From: Octopus bimaculoides
Lineage: Eukaryota
Direction of reading: 5' to 3'
DNA length: 55,908 bases
NCBI RefSeq assembly: GCF_001194135.2
Contig: NC_068987.1
Location: 15,263,946-15,319,853, forward strand
How positions within the stretch are numbered: position 1 is the first letter of the stretch; every line of letters starts with the position of its first letter. The notes under the pieces are model-generated. The model did not search any database, had not been told where the DNA came from, and worked only from the letters and a program-made list of their open reading frames with translations. The translations under genes were made by a program, and so were the position numbers. This document shows, one piece after another, positions 50,701 to 55,908 of this stretch.

Positions 50701-51064
50701 ATTTACATTATTTACATTTGATGGATATTTGTCCTCATCTTGTTTGTTGTTAACACAACGTTTCGGCTGATATACCCTCCAGCCTTCGTCAGGTGTCTTG
50801 GGGAAATTTCGAACCTGGGTTCTCATTCCTAATGATGTTACTATCATTATATTATTACTATTATTAATCAGGTCGCTGCCGTGAATCGAACTCGGAACCT
50901 TGGGGTTGGTAGCCCGCGCTCTTAACCACTACGCCATATGCCCGTGGGCTGTTTGTTGTTAACACAACGTTTGTGTTAACAACAAACAAGATGAGGACAA
51001 ATATCCGTCAAATGTAAATAATGAAAATAATGTTAATAATTCCTCATCTCTTAAATATAGAACT
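50701..51064 (-). mobile_element. tRNA-headed SINE-like element with Penelope-type hammerhead tail and inverted tail copy
   Basis: tRNA-like head ~50871-50948 (TGGCGTAGTGG A-box, AGTTCGATTC B-box). TSD ATAATTATTGTATT at 50687-50700 and 51065-51078. Empty site in the duplicated A flank near 12512-12530. Confidence 0.8.
50752..50797 (-). ncRNA. Minimal type-I hammerhead ribozyme motif (Penelope-type)
   Basis: Minus strand reads GACAC-CUGACGA-A-GGCUG(GAGGGUAUAU)CAGCC-GAAA-CG-UU-GUGUU: core CUGANGA and GAAA, 5-bp stem II, 5-bp stem I, palindromic AACGUU in place of stem III. Activity is untested. Confidence 0.65.
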
Positions 51065-51364
51065 ATAATTATTGTATTTTATCATATTCTCAACATCTTT
51101 CTCTGAGTTTCTACTGCACCACCAGATGCACTTGTGTCTTACTGAAGTGCATACAACATTGTCTTTTGTGGTTTTAGAATTGAGACTTACTGGAATCATC
51201 ATTATCTCATGACCACTTTCTATGCTGGCATGTAGGGAACGGTTTGAGAGGGAACCAGAGACTTGTGTTGAACTCCAGTGTCACTTTTAGCCTGATTTCT
51301 ACTTAATGAGTTTGTTAGGTTCCTTCAGATGTTACTTTAGTTGTTTATCTGCTTGTTGTATAGA

Positions 51365-51755
51365 GTATGTGCTTTGGGTATTGTGTAGTGACTGTATTTA
51401 CTTTGTGTGAGTTGTGCTATGATCTTTGGGTGTTGTGTGGTGCCTGTGCCACGTATTTGTGCTGTGTAAGTTGTGTTATGTGCTTTGGGTGTTGTGCGGT
51501 GATTTTATCACATATTTGTATTGTGTAAGTTGTGTTAGGTGCTCTGGGTGTTGTATGGTGCCTGTATTACATATTTGTGGCGTGTGAGTTTCTATGTGCC
51601 TTGGGTGTTGTGTGGTGACTGTATTACATATTTGCTTTGTGTGTTGTGTCCTGAATGTATTGCATATTTGTGGTGCGTGAGTTGCGTTATGTACTTTGGG
51701 TGTTGTGTGGTGACTGTATCACATACTTGTGGTGTGTGAGTTGAGTGATGTGTTT
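51365..51755. repeat. ~59-bp degenerate minisatellite, ~7 units, FAAH-C 3' flank
   Basis: Reverse complement of the 12050-12235 unit with more copies. Confidence 0.8.
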
Positions 51756-52232
51756 TAATGTCAGGTATTGATTATGTGGGACATGTGGTAGTGTAAGGTG
51801 TGTTATATTACCGGGAGGCACATGTGTAGAATATGAGATGAATGGGGTGTAGGTGGTAGAGTGTGGGGTGGGCTATAATACTGATATTATGATAATTAGT
51901 ATTGTATCACCAAGGATCGTTTTTTTGGAATTTCTTGCAATATGTTAGAGGCAAAAGATATTTTAATTCCTGTCAAGTTTCGTGACAATAAATTTAGGTC
52001 CATACGTGGAGAAATAATGATTTTAAAGTTCTACATTGCAAACTTGAACAAGACATAATAAAGGACAGATGCTAACCATCTTAAACAAGCAATAGGATTT
52101 AAATGTCATTATTCTTTATAAAGAAGACCAAGGTCCTGCAACATCATATTAACCTTCTTCTAAAGTGGAATCATTGTGATACCAGTCATCATATATCACC
52201 AGGATTTGATGAAGTAAGGATGGTTATACACG

Positions 52233-52355
52233 CTAGTTGCCTCCTTTCTTCAGTTCACTATCCAGTTCTTTCATGATGCGTAATGCAAGCTCGTCCTTAT
52301 ATGTAGGAACAATAATTTGGATGTTGACTGGAAGACCAACACTGCCTGGAATTGA
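52233..52355 (-). CDS. FAAH: FAAH-C exon 17, terminal
   Basis: 123 nt to TAG. Confidence 0.9.
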   Translation of the reverse strand, partial: SIPGSVGLPVNIQIIVPTYKDELALRIMKELDSELKKGGN

Positions 52356-52977
52356 CTGCAAAGAAACAAGACATATATTTGGAATGTTTATAAATGCTGT
52401 GGAAGAGTTCTTGTCAGTAAAGTTTAAGATGATTTCATTGAACTGCAATTCACAATGACATAAATTTAAGCCTTGGTGCATGTCTGAGCTGAGTAAGATA
52501 TATAATTTTACTTATCTTCTTATAGAAAATAAATAAATATTAATTTAATGTAATTGTGTGAATACATAATATGAATTAAGATTATGTAATTTCACAGGTT
52601 ATTAATCTTATCTTTAGTGTGTAACTTTTCCTGTTACTTTTTTCTTTTTTCACTTGTTTCAGACATTAGACTGTGGTCATGCTGGGGCACTGCCTTGAAC
52701 AAATTAATCCTAGTATTTATTTTCCTTTTAACCATGTGACTTATTTTGTCCATTTCTTTAGCTGAACTGTTAAGTTACAGGGATGTAAATGCACTAAGAA
52801 CAGTTGTCAAGCAGTGATGGGGGACAAACAGATGCACACACACACACACACGTACACACATGTGCACACACACACACATATATACATGGGTTTTGGGGTC
52901 TGAAGAAACACTGTAACCCTAAGCATTTTAAGGACATGAAACCCAGGGTAATCCCATAGTGTGGTCATAACTATATT

Positions 52978-53042
<65 letters not shown>

Positions 53043-54914
53043 GGAGTAGTAACTAATTTAAAGTCCAGTAAATGTGCTTTAGAGAAGTATGTGTAATGGA
53101 ATATTAGAAGATAGTTTTTAAACAAATAATTTAATTTATTAAATCATTACAAGAGCTAACAAGACAAAAAGAGTGTAGCCTGTATGTATGTGAGTCAGGG
53201 AAAGTATTATAACTTATGTTTGACTAATAGATTCAATTCGGAAGTTGTTATAAGCTAATAGGAATGGAGCTAGCTTAAATGAAAATATACAGTTCATTAT
53301 GAAGCAGAGTTGTGGTTGATATCATCCAGAATTTCGTGGAGCGAAGTCAGCAAAAGTGAAACAGGCTGTTCATGAGGTGACAAGACTAGAGTTAGCTGCG
53401 TGAAGTGGAGGGTGAAAAAGTAAGAGTTGTTCCATGTTGAAAGAGATCCAACTTCTTTTTGCCAACAGCTTAAAACTCCCACTTCTCTTCATGAGTAGAG
53501 AATTGCCTCTAGTATTCATATGTGTCCAGCCCTGATTGGTTGGAGTATGCTATAGCCCACCTGTGCTCTGACATGACAACAAAAATAGCTTTCCTGACTC
53601 ACTAGATAATCAAATGTGCTCCGCTGACTTTGTTTCCTCATAACTTCCAAAGAAATGGATATTTTTTAATGAAATTTTCTCCAGATATGCTTTAGATAAT
53701 ATAGATTCTGATTATATTGAAATTCGTGAAAACAAATTAAGGAGAGTGGGGACAGGAGTTTCAGAAAATTCAAACTAGTTAGCTTCACCTTGTAACTTTC
53801 TGAAATGGGGTATATTTTAATAAAAATTTCTATAAATACCTTCAAGGTGTGTAAATTGCAATTATACCAGGATTTGATGTGAACAACAAAATGGTGAGCA
53901 TGTACACATACATATTGACACAATTTTTTTCAAAATTTCAAGTTTCATTTTATAAATGTATGTGATATGTGTAAATATTTATGTGCTGTACCACTTACTG
54001 GAAACCTATAACCAAAGATGTTATTGATCACAATCTACAGGAATGACATAAAACAAAAATTAAAAAATAGCCTTACATTTTTCACTGAGTATTCAATCAA
54101 TGTCTTAGGTTTATAAGTCGCCTTTACATCTTCTTCTGTTACGTTGGTAACAGGCATAGACACACTAGGGTAGTTCAGTAGATTATAGGGCAGAGAATAG
54201 TTTGGAAACCCTGCAAAGAAAATTATCAGAAGTAAAATGATAGTAAAAGGATTGTTGTTGTTTTAACTCCAAATAATCCCTTGTTGAGAGAAATCCTCTA
54301 CTATAATCAAATAATTCTAGCATGGCTGTCCTTTCATTTTTACATCTAAGACTCCATTATCTAGTTTGTCCTTGAATTTTTATGATGCAAGGGCATGATT
54401 TGAGGAAAAATTTACTGTAATTTCTAGAAGATCTAGCAATCATGTAGAAGTTCCCATGTTCACTGATGTGTTAAATAATTATTTTCTTGTTGTTTGGCAT
54501 CAAGTTAGTATTCATCAAGCAAACCAATAATCAAATACATTCCAATTATGACCATCTCAACTTTGTACAGAAAATCCATTGGATAAACAACAGTAGACTG
54601 ACTCTCCTGTGGTAAATGACAGATAAAGGTTATGCAACTTCTTTGTTGGATAACCTGCACAAATGGTTTGTTTATAGTGATTGAATATTTCTGCTTTACA
54701 TTAATTAACTCCTTCCATCAAATCGACGTTACCTATACATATATAGGCACAGGAGTGGATGTGTGGTAAGTAGCTTGCTTACCAACCACATGGTCCTGGG
54801 TTCAGTTCCACTGTGTGGCACCTTGGGCAAGTGTCTTCTACTATAGCCTCGGGCTGACCAAAGCCTTGTGAGTGGATTTGGTAGACGGAAACTGAAAGAA
54901 GCCCGTCGTATATA

Positions 54915-54959
<45 letters not shown>

Positions 54960-55593
54960 ATGTGTGTGTGTGTGTGTATGTTTGTGTGTCTGTGTTTGTC
55001 CCCCCAACATCGCTTGACAACCGATGCTGATGTGTTTACGTCCCCATAACTTAGCAGTTCGGCAAAAGAGACCGATAGAATAAGTACTAGGCTTACAAAG
55101 AATAAGTCCTGGGGTCGATTTCCTCGACTAAAGGCGATGCTCCAGTATGGCCACAGTCAAATGAGTGAACCAGGTAAAAGAGTAAAAGAGTAAAGCATCA
55201 TCACAAATCTTTCTGTACACTGTGAAAATAACAAGTATATGACAGGCTTCCGCTCACCGTTTAAAAGTTTTTGGCCAGCTTGGGGCTGTAACACAAAATA
55301 TCTGCTGAGGGTGCCACACAGTGGGGCTGAAACAAACACCACAGAGTTGGCAAGCAACTATCATAACCATACAGCCATACCTGTACTTTTACACTTACAG
55401 GTAATGTTTCTTATCCATCAAGTTTTCCAGAAGTTTACTTTTTAAATGTTCAATTTAGATTAATTTAAAGTGTTGTGGACTTACTTCCAAAGCTTGAACT
55501 CTTTGCCAGTAGTGATGTTGAAGACATGACAGGGCAGATGAGAGCATCCAATTTATCTTTTTGCATAGCATCAGCAAATTCTTTATCATATTT
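52233..55593 (-). CDS. FAAH: FAAH-like paralog C, 3' part (coding exons 15-17; continues beyond right edge)
   Basis: Minus-strand exons 55593-55485 (KYDKEF...SSFG), 54210-54077 ([14 protein letters not shown]...SVKN) and 52355-52233 ([10 protein letters not shown]...KKGGN*). Lengths 109/134/123 match paralogs A and B, splice sites are GT-AG and there are no premature stops. Confidence 0.9.
54077..54210 (-). CDS. FAAH: FAAH-C exon 16
   Basis: 134 nt, donor AAT|gtaagg. Confidence 0.9.
54746..55194 (+). mobile_element. tRNA-derived SINE, full length (head, (TG)n, tail ending in gagtaaaa repeats)
   Basis: A/B-box-like head ggcacaggagtggatgtgtggtaag...gggttcagtcc; many copies in the window. Confidence 0.9.
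55485..55593 (-). CDS. FAAH: FAAH-C exon 15
   Basis: 109 nt, AG/GT on minus strand. Confidence 0.9.
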
Positions 55594-55908
55594 CTGAAAC
55601 ATAAGAGAAGGGCTGATAGATAAATGAAAATAAAAAGAATGAATAAATAAAGAGAACAGCCAATGATAAATAAAGGTTTTAATTAAGAACAAACTGGTGG
55701 TAGTGGTGGTGGTGGTATGGAGGAGGAAGACCAGGAGAAGGAGAAGAAAGAAAGAAAGAAAGAAGAAGGGAAGGAGGAAGAGAAGGAGGAAGAGAAGGAA
55801 AAGAAGGAATGGTTGGTGTTGGAGGAGGAAGAGGATGAAGAAAAGGAAAAGGAGGAGGAGGAGGAGAAGGTGTCGGTGGTGATTATGATGATGATGAAAT
55901 ACAATATA

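Noticed and set aside
50871-50948. tRNA gene (also the other SINE heads)
   Set aside because: A/B boxes are present, but there is no complete cloverleaf or acceptor stem, and each is embedded in multi-copy SINE bodies.
50338-55908. Paralog C as a simple allelic duplicate of A or B
   Set aside because: It has its own substitutions in all three exons and private insertions, and it switches affinity between A and B. Mis-assembly still needs long-read exclusion.

Overview
AT-rich, repeat-dense animal genomic DNA. The SINE and microsatellite complement looks cephalopod, most likely Octopus (an inference, not a database result). The window holds a cluster of three fatty-acid amide hydrolase (FAAH-like, amidase-signature) paralogs. 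Copy A (+, 402-11579) shows coding exons 8-17, with its 5' part left of the window. Copy B (+, 25805-47303) is complete: 17 coding exons, 1755 nt, 584 aa, with an intact Lys-Ser-Ser triad. Copy C (-, 52233-55593) shows exons 15-17 and continues past the right edge. All exons were found by hand from GT-AG sites, phase continuity and comparison between paralogs; nearly all ORFs in the supplied track are spurious. Introns and spacers carry tRNA-derived SINEs, LINE remnants (RTE, CR1-like, R4-like), Tc1/mariner/pogo MITEs, a Helitron PIF1 fragment, minisatellites and four assembly gaps. Most notable: (i) a tRNA-headed SINE-like element with a Penelope-type tail containing a minimal hammerhead-ribozyme motif, one copy inserted with a 14-bp TSD in sense orientation in the 3' flank of copy C; (ii) copy C is a mosaic of A-like and B-like blocks; (iii) A/B protein divergence is concentrated in exons that map to FAAH substrate-channel and membrane-cap regions. 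Repeat boundaries are approximate, read by eye.
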